Positions 22,042-34,757 of a stretch of DNA of 64,000 nucleotides are shown here, one piece after another; positions within the stretch are counted from its first letter, which is position 1; each line of letters begins with the position of its first letter. The notes beneath the pieces are model-generated. The model ran no database searches, was not told where the DNA came from, and worked only from the letters and a program-made list of their open reading frames with translations. Where the stretch lies: the NCBI GenBank assembly GCA_043228905.1, contig JBHGNT010000004.1, positions 21,948,001 through 22,012,000 of the forward strand, read 5' to 3'. This DNA is from Azolla caroliniana (taxonomy: Eukaryota; Plantae; Polypodiophyta). The position numbers and the translations under genes were made by a program.

Positions 22042-23424
22042 ACTACTAGTGTTTTCGTAGCTAGTAAAGGTCTAACTCATTAGTTAACAAATTCCCATAC
22101 ACGACTCTATAATGTTTATACACACATTCATGTTTTCAACGTTGAGTATTTGATTTCAATAGGGACAATGTCTTATCGGAAAAGGGCATGCAATAATCAT
22201 TCTTATTACAATATGTTTTGTCTAGGTTTTTTTTAAATGTATCCATTAATCATCAAGGAACGTGTTAAATGTGCGCACACAAAAGCGATATGTATATTGA
22301 CACATAACCCAAGCATGGTTGTCATACCATTGACTCCATGTTATGAAGTTTTTGTTAGTGTATAATCACATGACACATCATCACAACATTTTGATCTTCT
22401 AAGTTCTCTCCAAGGTGACCTATTTTGGAATAATGCCAATGTAATAAATGCTATTGTGTGAAAAAAGAACACGATAAGAATTTATGGACTTTTTTGTATA
22501 TTTACAATTGATATGGTAACTAATGTATTTATGTGCCAACCTTTTGCGACTCCAATCCATAATTTGTTTGTAATTTGTTGATGTCGCAATGAGCGTGCAT
22601 TATATCCCACGTTTTTGCTACTCATTTGCATGAAAACAATGTGAATTTAAGGTTTACGAGGAAGGACGATTGATCCCAAAAATGTGTGCGACTCTCCGGT
22701 CAATTAGATGTTCCCAAATTTTTCTCATTGATTATCATATTTGAAAGCAACAATTAGAATTTAACATTCATGATGCCAAATATACTGACATGAAAGCAAC
22801 ACTTTGTATAATTGAAGACAAAGTTTATGATTATATATATACACATACAAATTGAAAGTGACAGTTATAGGCATGGTTCATGGTACAATTTATGATTATT
22901 TGAAAGCAACTCTTGCCATGTACAAATCTACTATCCTTATCAATCAATTTAGGACGAATATGAGATTGTCGTTCACGAAGTGGGTCATTAATTAGTTGAG
23001 TAACACAATAGCTTCTTATGCAATGTTTTGAGACTCGAGTTTCAAAGTTCTCCCAATTGTCAGCAAACAATTGGTCGAGCTTTGTTTTACCATGCACAAC
23101 TCTTTTTTATGCTTTAAAATAGTCAATGTATTTTTATGAATAATAAACGAGCAAACATGTCGTACCACCGCAAGTATGGAATATGCACGAATGGGAGCCT
23201 TGGATAGGGGGCAAGTTAGTCTTCATCATTTTTCAACCATAGTAATGATAATAAATCTAGAAAAGGAGTTATAGCCACCAACTATTATTTTATAAATCAT
23301 GGACAAGTATCCAACTTAGAATTGTCATGAAAGGTGGAAACATAGAGTCTTTTTACGAATGTGAAGATGGACCTCATAGACTTGATCCATCATTCTTTGT
23401 CAAATTTGGCCCACATGTGCAAAA

Positions 23425-23425
23425 T

Positions 23426-23510
<85 letters not shown>
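23425..23510 (+). repeat. (TG)n(AG)n compound microsatellite
   Basis: Direct inspection. Confidence 0.95.
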
Positions 23511-23512
<2 letters not shown>

Positions 23513-24554
23513 TTTATTTGGGATCGCTAATATAGAGAGACCTACATTTCTAGATACACCAACATTTATGGAATTGTTTGATGCTGTACATAGAAATCAT
23601 GCAAATGCAATGGAGGTTGCCATTTCCCTAAAAACCCATGTTAAAACAATCCTCATCCCTTCAAGGATGAAATTGCTGTTTTTCTAGAAAATAGTCAATG
23701 CTAGAAGAAATCAAATCCTAAGTGGGTATTAGTGGTTGATTGTGAACAAAAACATGTGTCCATTCACTTTATAGGAGGAGGAAAGTGCACCACTTTTTGT
23801 GCAATCATGGGAGCTTTACATTTCCCGACCATTGGTTGAAATTGACGTACATTTGCTATTCTCGCCTTTTTGTACAACCATCTTCTAGATTTAAATAGAA
23901 ACACGCATTCCACTCAAAAAGTTTATGCATCAAGATTGGTACCATCCTTAGGCCAACAAAATGGGTGGGTCGAAGGGTAAGAAGAGAGACAAAGGAGAAA
24001 AAGAATGCAATGAAGTCATCTCTTCCTATGGCTCAAATTGAGATAGTGTTATAGAATCCACAACTTTTGAATTCAAGCCAATAGAATTAAGATTGTGCTC
24101 TTTGTCTCTCTTTGTCTCGGTTTCTTCCTCGTGGTAGTGTGAAAAGGGAAATGGTCAGTTGGAATGGTGAGGCAGTTGATTGGACGGATTGGAGGTACCG
24201 TGTTCCTCTCTATCCTGGCCTCAAATCTCTTGATACACCCCCCCATCTGCCAACAATGGGAAGAACTGTGTATCTGAGAGCGAACCACGCTTGTATGGCC
24301 CAATCATTTGTGTTGATCCAAATGTCAAAAGAATTTTGCTTTGTGAAAAGAGAGAAGAGTTCTTCTTATTTATGTTTTTGGACAAATAACACATAATTGC
24401 TTGAGTAAGTAAAAACAATTTAATTTGTTTTTTTTTCCCTTGATTTTCTTCCAAAGAAAATAAAGAGAGAAGGGAATTTGTACGTGGTTCCTTTCCGACA
24501 AAAAAGAAAACGAAGAGAGAGGAAAATGGAAAGGAGCAAGCGACTCATTGATTG

Positions 24555-25080
24555 TAGAGAGAGGAAAAGGGGGAAAAAAAAAGGAGAGAGGAAGAAAGTA
24601 CAAGAGAAAAAGCAGAAAAAGGAAAAAGAAGAAAAATGAGGAAAAAAGAAAAAAGGGAAAATGAGGAAAAGAAAAAAGAAAAAGGAAAAAAAGAAAGAAG
24701 AAAGAGAAAAAAGAAAAAAGAAAAAAGAAAAAAGAAAATTGAGGAAAAAGAAAAAAGAAAAAATGAGGAAAAAGGAAAAAGAAAAAATGAGGAAAATAAA
24801 AAAAGGAAAAAGGAAAAAAAGAGAAAAGAGAAAAGAAAAAATGAGTAAAAAGAATGAAGAAAAAGAAAAAAAAGAAAAAAGAAAAAAAAAAGGAAAAAAA
24901 GAAAAAAGAAAAAAGGAGGAAAAAGAAAAAAGAAAAAAAGAAAAAAAGAAAAAAAGAGGAAAAAAAGAATGAAGAAAGAGGAAAAAAGAAAGAAGAAAGA
25001 AGAAAGAAGAAAGAAAAAAGAAGAAAAAAGAAAAAAGAAAAAAGAAAAAAGAAAAAAGAAAAAAGAAAGAAGAAAAAGAT
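24555..25080 (+). repeat. ~520-bp A/G polypurine low-complexity tract
   Basis: Almost pure GAAAA(A) units; source of spurious K/E and F/S ORFs. Confidence 0.95.
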
Positions 25081-25381
25081 TTTTTTGTTTTAAAAAAGAC
25101 ATGAGAAACAAAGGGACGCCCCCCCGACGAAACCTAAGGAGGGGAGGTTTGGTACCGAGGCAGAAGGCCCGGAGCCGAGACGTTAGGCTCGGAGAACGAG
25201 CCTAACGCCTCATCATCATCTCACCGCTATGAGCGCAAGGAGCTCGCCTGCAGCCAGACCGCCGGGCCTGTAGGCTCGGTGCCGAACCTAGGAACTCATC
25301 TCTCTGTCTCTCTGTTTCTCTCTGTCTCTCTGTCTGTCTCTCTCTGTCTGTGTTCGCGCTCCCCTTCTTCTGCTTCCATCG

Positions 25382-25424
<43 letters not shown>

Positions 25425-25963
25425 CTATGGCGGAAGAATGCCAGCTCTCCTCTTGAGCTTCCCTGCTCTGCTCCATCCCTTTCTTCCTCCTGGATCATCA
25501 TTGCACACGGTAAAAACTCTATCCCTCACCCTCACTCTCACTCTCACTCTCACTCTTTTCTGATTTTTGTTTTTCTGTTTTTGTTTTGTTCTCTGTTTCT
25601 CTCCAACCCCCTACACCCCACACTTCATTCTTCTTTTGATTTCTACCTTTCTCCCCCTCTCCCTTTCTGTGTACCTCTCATTCTGGCGATCTCTGCTCAC
25701 AGATCCACTCAGTTAATTTGAAGCTCAAGCTGAAAAGACGACCGACGCTTAGTCATCTACAGCAACAGATAGGAGAGCATAAAGGCTTTCAGAAGAAGAA
25801 TGAAGTAAAAGATCAGAAGGGAGAAGGAAGCAGAGGAAAAGACAGAAGAGGAGTTAAGAGTATAAAAAAGTAAGTTTTGTTGTACTTCTACCTAGTTCAT
25901 CACAGGTGCCTCAGAGCGAAGAGGAGAGAGAGAGAGAGACAGGAAGGGAGGGTGGAGGAGATC

Positions 25964-28900
25964 ATGGATAAGGTTGGGAGAAATATGTTTCTATCTCAAG
26001 AGGGTTTCTCGTCCATTGATTTTACACTGTTGGATCGCCCATCTGATAGGTAAGTTATCACTTCATCTATATTAATACTCTTTCTTTTGCATCGAAATGC
26101 TAAAAACAATTTCATCAACCAGATGGAAGAGAGGAATGAATGAATGAATACAGCACGGGATGAATGAATGAATGAAATGAATGAATGAATGAATACAGCA
26201 AGGGATGAAGGAATGAATGAATGAATGATTGAAGTAAGGGATGGATGAATGAGCCAAAGAATGAATGGATGAAAGGTGTAGTGTCATCTTGTGATGGGTC
26301 TTGTATACTCATTTTTTTAGGTTTCTTAGCTATTTAACATGTACCTTAGTTAGTATCACAAGATGAGGAACATGATGAACAATGTGTCACATTCTCTATG
26401 TAATCGGCCATAAATGGGTCTTATGCTCATTTTCAGGCCTCATAGCCTGTTGTGTCATAATGGCAACCGTGCCCTTTAGTTAGCTAGTGGGAATAACAGA
26501 TTTCACATAGCACAAACAAATGAACGAAAGTAAGAACAAAAGAACAACGGAAAGAATGAAACTCTTACATCGTTTTCAAGATTCCTTCCTAAATGCACCA
26601 TGGGCTGAAATTGCAGTGTTATGCCTGCTTCAGGATCAACCGGATATATTTATACAGGTAGATTCACAGCTCATCTCTGTATCTCTCTCAATGTTATTAT
26701 ATCATTTCTCTCTCTCTCTCTCTCTATCCTTGGAAGTTGGTTTTTTGTGTTAGTTCTCTGAAATAGAATTTCTGTATGCAGGAGATCCCTCTACCCAATC
26801 AATTGATTACTTCAATGGAGCCAAAGCCAGAAACGGAGCTGAGCCTCTAGCCAATCAATCTCTTTCCGAATATGGGAGGTTTGTGCACACATACAAGAAT
26901 TCATTGGTCGGTACTCCATATGGAGCCACTGATCGTGAATTTTGCTCGGTATTTGATTTTGCTCAATGCTAAACTATGTTTATTTTTGTGTATTTTGTTT
27001 TTTGATTGTTATTTTAGTGGATACATGTCATCAGAGGCCCACAAAGGTAATGTGAGGAAGGATCTGTATGGACAAAGGCAAAGGCAAAGGCAAGGAGTAC
27101 ATGATTTTTTTGGGCAGGATAATGACCAGCAACATTCAGTTCCTGGCGACTTTTCTGAGAGCCACCATTCTCATTATATTCTTCCTCCTTCATTGAGTGG
27201 TAATTCTCAAGGGGGTCTCTTGCATTCTTTAAATTCAACAATTGGAGGTGAGTCCGTGGACACTAGGAGGGTTCCAAAGGACTTGATCCACAACCCCACC
27301 ACGGTTCAAATCCAGGATAGGAACCATCAAGCACTGCATAATCGCTTCCAGAATACACAACCAAAATTACGACATCCCATTCCAATGAGCGATAGTATGT
27401 CTTCTTCACCAAATTCAAGCTTGAAAGATATCACCGATGATTCAGTTGTACAGTATCAGAATCAAAATGGAAGATACTCTTCTGCTACCTCTTCTCAGGC
27501 TGGTGGTGGTTTGGTTAATGATACCAAAAGCTATGACTTCTTTGAGAATCAGCTACAATGGAATGGGCCTTCCCCTGTCCCATCTCCATCACCATCTCCA
27601 GCTCAGGTAGGGTCAAGGAAAGAAGCTATACAAGACTCTGCAAGAGCTTCTGGGATGACTAAATTGCAGTTATTACAGAAGCAAGCTTTGCAAGTGAAAA
27701 AGCAGCAAGCATTAGAAGCTCAGAAGCAGCAGGCTCAGAAGCAGCAAGCTCTGGAGGCGCAGGATTTGGAAGGTCAGAGAAAGCAAGCTATGGAAATTCA
27801 GAAGCTTAAAGAGCATCAACAAAAGGCAGCTTTATGGGCCTATGCATCAGAGGCTCAGGTTTCACATGCTCAACATCATCAAAGGGCTTTGCATGCCCAT
27901 CAGCAGCAGAGAGATTTGTATGCCCAACCGCAACAACAAGCTTTCCAATCTCCAAATGATCTATCTTTACGAGGCCAACCGCAGCAGCAACAGGGTTTCC
28001 AATCTCAGAATGAGCAAGTTTTATTGCGAGCCCAAACACAAGGTTTTCAATCTCCAAATGATCTAACTTTGCAAAGCCGACTGCAACGACAAGAAGTTTT
28101 TCAGTCTCAGAATGAGCAAGCTTCGTTGCGAGCCCAACAGCAACAACAAGAAGGTTTTCAATCCCTGAATGACCAATTGTTGCGAGCCCAACAGCAGCAG
28201 CAAGTCTTTCAGTCTCAGAATGACCAAGCTTTGTTGCGAGCCCAACAACAAGGGTTTCAATCTCAAAATGACAAATTGTTACGAGCTCAACAGCAGCAGC
28301 AACAAGATTTTCAGTCTCAGAATGACCAAACTATGTTGCGAGATCAACAGCAAGGTTTTCATTCCCAAAATGCCGAATCATTGCGAGCTCAAGAGCAAGG
28401 TTTGCGATCTCAGAATGACCTATCTTCAGAAGCCCAACTTCAACATCAGCAAGGTTTACAATCTGAAAATGTGCCATCTTTGCGAGCCCAACAGCAACAA
28501 CAGTCTCAGAATGACCTATATTTGAGAGCCCGATTACAAGAACAGGGTTTCCAGTCTCAAAGTGATCAATCTTTGCAAGCCCAACAAGGTTTCCTATCTC
28601 AGAATGACCAATCTTCAGGTGCACAACAGCAACAGCAAGGTTTTCAATCACAGAATAACCAACCTTTGCGAGTCCAACAGCACCAGCAAGGTTTTCAATC
28701 ACAGAGTAACCAACTTTTGAGAGCCCAACAGCAACAACAAGGTTTTCAATCACAGACTAACCAACATTTGCGAGCCCAACAGCTACAGCAAGGTTTCCAA
28801 TCGCAATATGAACAATCTTTGCAAACCCAACAGAAACAGCAGGGTTTTCAATCTCAGAATGACCAATCTTTGCGAGCCCATAACAAACAGGAAGATTTTC

Positions 28901-31900
28901 AATCTCAAAAGGACCAAATTTTGCTAACCCAACAGGGTTTTCAATCTCGTCAAGAACAATTTTCGCAATCCCAACAGAAACAACAGGGTTTCCAATCTCC
29001 GTATGACCAGTCTTCACGAGCCCAACATCAACAACAAGAAGGTTTCCAATCTCAAAGTCGCCAATCTTTGCAAACCCAACAACATCAGTTTCAGAATGAC
29101 CAATCTTTGCGAGCCCAACAGCAATGTCAATATCAAAATGACCAATCTTTGCTAGTCCGACCGCAACAACGGCAAGGTTTCCAGTCTCAGTATGAGCAAT
29201 CTGTCCAATCCCAACCACAGCAGAGTTTCCAGCCCCAGCCGCATGAGATATGGCAAGCACAGCAGACGCAGAATCTGCAATCCCAGCAGCACCTCAAGAA
29301 GCAGCAAACTCTGGAGTTGCAACCGCAGGCCATTCATACCCAACAACAGATTGCTATGCAAAATTACCAGGAGCCCAATATTCGAACCCAGATCCAACCA
29401 TCTGTTCAGCCTCCGCAGCATCTTTCTATGCAATCTCAACCACAGCACCAGGTATTGCAACATATTCATGGGATGGTTCAGCATCCCAAGCAGCCACCTG
29501 AACCACATCTTGAATTTCCAGAAACTTCTTATTCGGCCTTGCTTCATCGACCTGACACTCCGCCTTCACGGTCTCAGATAGGTGATGAGACACGAATCAC
29601 TGAATCTGATCAGGATGTGTCATTTCCAGCTGTAACTGCGTGGGCCCCAGATGGTGCTTCATATTATCAAGGGCTACCAAATGATTTCTCCATGGGGCAA
29701 AATAGGCTAACATCACAGCCTTTCTCTGGCGTTTCTCCAACATCCAATCAAGATGGGTCTGTAAATGCACAAGCTTATTTGTCTGGAGCACATAATGACC
29801 CAACTGAGAATGTTAATGGTGACTGGAGATCATTTTCAAATGATTCACATCTTGGAAAGTCTACGATAGATGGTGGATACTCAGGGAACTATGATATATC
29901 GGAGGTGCAAACTGCGAGTTTCGGTGTAAGAACTGACGTAAACAATGAGCTTAATAGCAATTCAACGTTTTTTGCATTTCAACAACTACGGGAAGCTGGT
30001 CGTGCATCTGAGCTGAAAACTGATGGCCTTAGGGTGAAAAATGTCATGAATACTGAGAATAGCAACCAACCTCAGATGCATTCAAAATTATCTGCAGCTC
30101 AACAACCTCAGCAGTTGAGGGAAACCACTGCTCCAAGAAATCCAATGCACAATGGCGCATATAATGTGAACCCGCTGTCACAGAGCCAGCAACATTTTCA
30201 AACACTTCAGATGAATCAGGAGAGAAGCCAGCTAGAACAAAGGGACAACGAATCTAACATTAGTTTTTCTAGACTCAGTAATGGCATGTTTCCAAGTGTG
30301 GAAAACTATGGTGATACAATTGAAAATAATGGCAGAGGTTGGGATAGCTCTGTTTTGCAACAGGAGCGTTCATTGTCTCCAGTACATCAGTTGACAGAGA
30401 TTGAGAACATTCAGAGGCCTATGGACATGCGATCACCATCCATAGCAATGACAGGGAGCCATGTTGTGTCTAATCAAGAAATCCTCAGAAACAGGCTGGA
30501 GAGTGGATTGAAGGAATGTGATGGGATTGTCGCATCTGGCTTTATTAAATCACCTTCTTTAGGTCCAGGTAGATATGCTTTGGAGAAGTACAACTCCCCA
30601 AATAACTTTGTGACTGATGCAGGGAAACTGAGTCGACTTGCTAGGGATGGATCCAGTAACATTCATAATGATAATCGTCAGCTGGGGAATAAAAGTGAAG
30701 CTGCATTTGGATTGAGTCCACCTATAAAAAATCTGAACATCGGGAATGGTCAGGGTCTGGCTGGTCAGCTAGGACAGGACAAACAAACTTCTATCATGAA
30801 TGGGATTAATCAACAAAGACAGAAACCAATTAGCCAGGACCAAGCTGCCAGCCAAAGTGCTAATGTCTTAAAGGTTCTTGGTGGTAGACCCACAGGAAAA
30901 CTTATTTCCACTGTGATTGAAGATCCGGTAGCTTTACTTCACAAAAATTCTTTGAATTCCCCGGTATGTGTTCCTGATTATGTTGTATATTCCTGTTTTG
31001 AAGTTATACGTGGCAATGATAAATTGTATGTTGGTGATTTGAATGTTTGCCACATGCTTTTTGTGGAAAATAGATGCAAAGAGAGGCACTGCAACAGAAA
31101 ACAGATTCAATTGTATCCAATACATCATTAACCCAAGGTCGGCAAAGCCAAACAATTCATCCACGCTCACCGCAGCATCTCAAACATGTTCCCGAACCTT
31201 CAAATACTTTTCAGATCTCACAACAAGCTGACAAACCAAGTTGGAGGAATCTCAGTCGTATTCAAGCTTTAGGTGAAGAAGTACCTACAACGCACTCAAC
31301 AGGAAGGAGTTTGAATGTTGATTCACCTTATTGTGGTGCTGCTATTAGAGGTACAAGGAATTTCCAGGTTGAAGCTAATCAAGGAAGTGACGTTGCTGGT
31401 AAAAGAACGCTTTCACAAAGTGGGTCAGCAGCAGATATTCCTAACAGCTGGTCACCCTCGAGAGAGAGCGCATCATCTGAAGTTCTGCCAGCTAATATTG
31501 CTTCTTTTGGGCCAGGATTGATCTCAAAGTCAACCATCGTTTCTCCTAGTATGATGCCATCTTCTTGTAGTTTTATGGAAGGATGCGGAGGTTCTCAAAT
31601 GGAAACCAGAGATGGAGATAGTTCCTTTACTGAATTCCAACAAGCTCGTGACAATTCCAGAACTTCTGTGAGTTTGGTAGGGCAGTCTCCGCCTACAACT
31701 GACTTTGCCAGGCTGCCAAATTATGATTCCGGCAGCTTACATGAAATGCAGAACCAACATATAATCAACATGGCACTTACGCAACTAGAGAATAGAGGGC
31801 AAGTTCAAAACTCTGTTGCTTTGGCAACAAACCTGAAGAGACCCCCTTCTGAACAGCCCAAATCTGCGGACATCCAAGATAAAGCTTTCCTTGGTCCTGT

Positions 31901-34552
31901 GTTAATGGATAGTACAAAAGGGGTTTCTGATGATGTTCCAAAGAGGGATGCAATTCAGGTTTCGCAAAGGCCACAAACTGGTAACTTAGGACTAGTGTCA
32001 AGTGAAATTCCTTCTGTCCCGAACCTTAGCGTAGAAAGCCAGAACAATCAATTCAGAGTACCTTACCAAGAAAAGGCATCTATCCTCCAAACAAGGGGTT
32101 TGGCAACAAGTAATATGAGCTTAGAGCGGAGACAAGTTTCTATTGTAGATAATAGCAGGGGCAATTCACTACTGCAAGATGGATCACCATCGTATGGTCA
32201 AAACAATGTTCAGTTTGCAAATGCTGCAGATTGTGCACCATGGCAAGCAGATGTGATGCCAAGAGGATTTGAGAGTCATCCTGCATTTGTTCGCCATAGC
32301 CAGTCAGTGGGACAACACATACAAATGAGAGAGAAAATATCTGAAGGACCAATTGTTGGTGATCCTACTGAGTCACCGATTGGAAGGAAAGATACTTTTT
32401 TGAAGCCTGGGAGTATTCCTCCAAACTATGTTTACTCAGGTAAGGTGAGTTTGAATCAACAAACTGCCATTAATTCTCCAATTATTAGACAGCATAGATC
32501 AATGTTGGAGTTAAAAGAAGTGGCTCAAACTGCTATTCAACCAGACGAGACAGTAAAGAATGTGCAACAGATATTGCAAAAAAAAACCATGGGTAATGTT
32601 ATGGTGAGCATTACTCCATCATACAAGGAAAAAGATGAAGATGCAGTTCCTGTTGATGCTGATCAAACACCACGATACATTGGCTATGATCAGTTACTCT
32701 CTCGAGATGTCAAGCACTTTGTCCCTGTGGCTCATCCTGGGAAGCCAAATGATCTCTTGGCACAAGCTCAAGCATTCAAATTTGACTCGTCTAAATTGTA
32801 TGGAAATTCATCAATCTCCATATATAACACCTCAACAAAAGAGCAGACTCAAGCTGCTTCTTTCATTAATCAAGGTAGTTCTTGTTTGGAAAATCAAACA
32901 GAATTGAGAGATAGAATGGGTAAATTTTCAGGAACAAATCCAGCTATATCTCAGGTGCCCATGAAAATAAATTCATATGGCATAGGAAGTTCGTTTCACC
33001 AGAAGAAGAAGAAAAAGCAAATCCCTTTACTCATACCATGGCACGTAACAGCAGCACAACCATCAAACAATACACCCTCTTCTAGGTTTGAATTCTTATC
33101 CTTTTTATTTCACTCTTGCTTGATATTTTTACTTCCCTCTTAACATGTGACCTACAGACGCTGAATCTTTTTTTAAACTTGATGTTGATTCATATTACAG
33201 TGAGGCAGAACTAAGCTGGGCAACTGCAACAAATCGTGTTCCTGACAAGGTGTGTCCATTTGAAATTTCTCCATAGGAAATTGGTTGGTATGAGAATCCA
33301 TGAAAAGCATGTTGCTGACATTGTTGCTGAACATTTTCTTTGTTTGAAGGATACTGAGGGTGTTCGTGAGGATAACACATCAGATGAATCTCGAGCCAAG
33401 AAAAGGCTCAAATTAACCACTCAACTAATGCAACGGATTTTTTCACCTCTTGAGATCAACGGAAACAACACACTTGCTGATAATGAATGTGCAATATATA
33501 GTGTTGCAAAACGTGCATTGGGAGATGCTTGTAGGCTGGCCATGAGTTCAGAAAGAGAAGCTGGTTCCACAAACAACTTCAATGCAGGAAATTTGTATGG
33601 CTCTCTTTCTGCATCTCTTCTCTTTTTTATTTTTCATTTAGGTTTCATTTTTTTCTTCTTCATTAGTTTTAAAAGTTTTTTCTTATCTTAAAATTTCTAG
33701 TATTTGTTTTTTGATGTGTTTTTAATGCCTTTTATTCTTTTTTATTTCGTTTCTTATGAATGATGATATATTTTCAGACACCCTCATGGACATGCATCTA
33801 TGGCAAATGCAGTCCAGTGCACACTAAGTTTCATGGAAAAGGCAAAGTGGTTGGATGATGAGATAACAAGGTCTTATTCTTCAACATTCTTGTGTTTCTA
33901 GTTCTTCTAAGTAATAATTATTTTTACAGCATGAATTATTGAATTGCATGGGTTATATGCTGTGTGTAGTTTGTAAACATCTTTGTTCATCAAATTTAGC
34001 CCTAATGATTACTTCAAAGATATCTAGAAAATATAGATTGTCAGATGTTATTTTTCTCTCTCATCTGAATTCACTTCTATAGGGGTGAATGAATATTTGG
34101 AACCATCAATTTGGGTGGTATAGTAACCACGGTATTCTTTTTGCAGACTCCATATTATAAAATAACGATATGAAAGTAAAGAACATAAAAAGGAAGAAAG
34201 ATTGAGTGCTTTGGTGATAAAATAGTATCTTGATATCCCACTCTTGTTGTTGTTTATCTTCGTGCACAGGAGAGAGTCCATAACCACTGCAATGGAGCTT
34301 AAAGCCAAAACCCATGAACTTGAGAAGATATCAATTGTAAATAGACTATTGATGCAGCATGGCATAGGGTTCACCATGGATTCTTCTTCTTCTTCATCAC
34401 CCTCTTCTGCAAATTTAGTAATAGAGAACAAACACATTTCGGATATTGGTTCGATATTATTCCGAAATCCGACTCCAACCCCTGAAAAGTATGTAACTAT
34501 AGCTCCGATGCCAAGGACCTTGCCAGATCATGCAAAGTGTCTTTCATTATAA
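25964..34552 (+). CDS. Large Q-rich plant protein of the 'dentin sialophosphoprotein-like' family (Arabidopsis At5g07940/70/80, SYS/SSIP SWI/SNF subunits)
   Basis: GT-AG exons in consistent phase: 25964-26049, 26617-26657, 26782-26878, 27018-30963, 31074-33085, 33201-33249, 33350-33594, 33778-33870, 34270-34552 (alternative start ATG 26621). Family motifs: VHDFFGQ; KKKK..LIPWH; SEAELSWATATNR; AKKRLKLTTQLMQ; ALGDAC; ELEKISIVNR; YVTIAPMPRTLPDHAKCLSL*. The first two exons are the least certain. Confidence 0.82.
26133..26272 (+). repeat. (GAAT)n-rich intronic microsatellite
   Basis: Direct inspection. Confidence 0.9.
27935..29225 (+). repeat. Coding tandem repeat, ~26 units of ~14-20 aa (consensus GFQSQNDQSLRAQQQQ)
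   Basis: Counted in the translation of ORF 26872-31131. Confidence 0.9.
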
Positions 34553-34713
34553 AAAGAAATAATTCATTTAAGAATGTGTATATTATATACATACATGCAT
34601 GTGGAAAAGAAGAGGGTATAATTTTGATTCATTTAACATATGTTCCTTTGTTTTGTTTGTATTTGTGACATGGTTTGGGTATTACTAAGCAAAAGTAGTT
34701 AGTTGTAAATGAC

Positions 34714-34757
<44 letters not shown>

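Noticed and set aside
19000-23200. Short ORFs suggesting decayed DNA-transposon sequence (also 1-390, 35300-39500 and 41200-42900)
   Set aside because: No motif, TIR or TSD could be recognised by eye; needs a repeat-library search.
24545-25205. K/E/R-rich and F/S/L-rich ORFs
   Set aside because: Artefacts of the A/G low-complexity tract.
27806-29581. Repetitive antisense and alternative-frame ORFs (VGLAKIGHSEIEN...)
   Set aside because: By-products of the Q-rich coding repeat.
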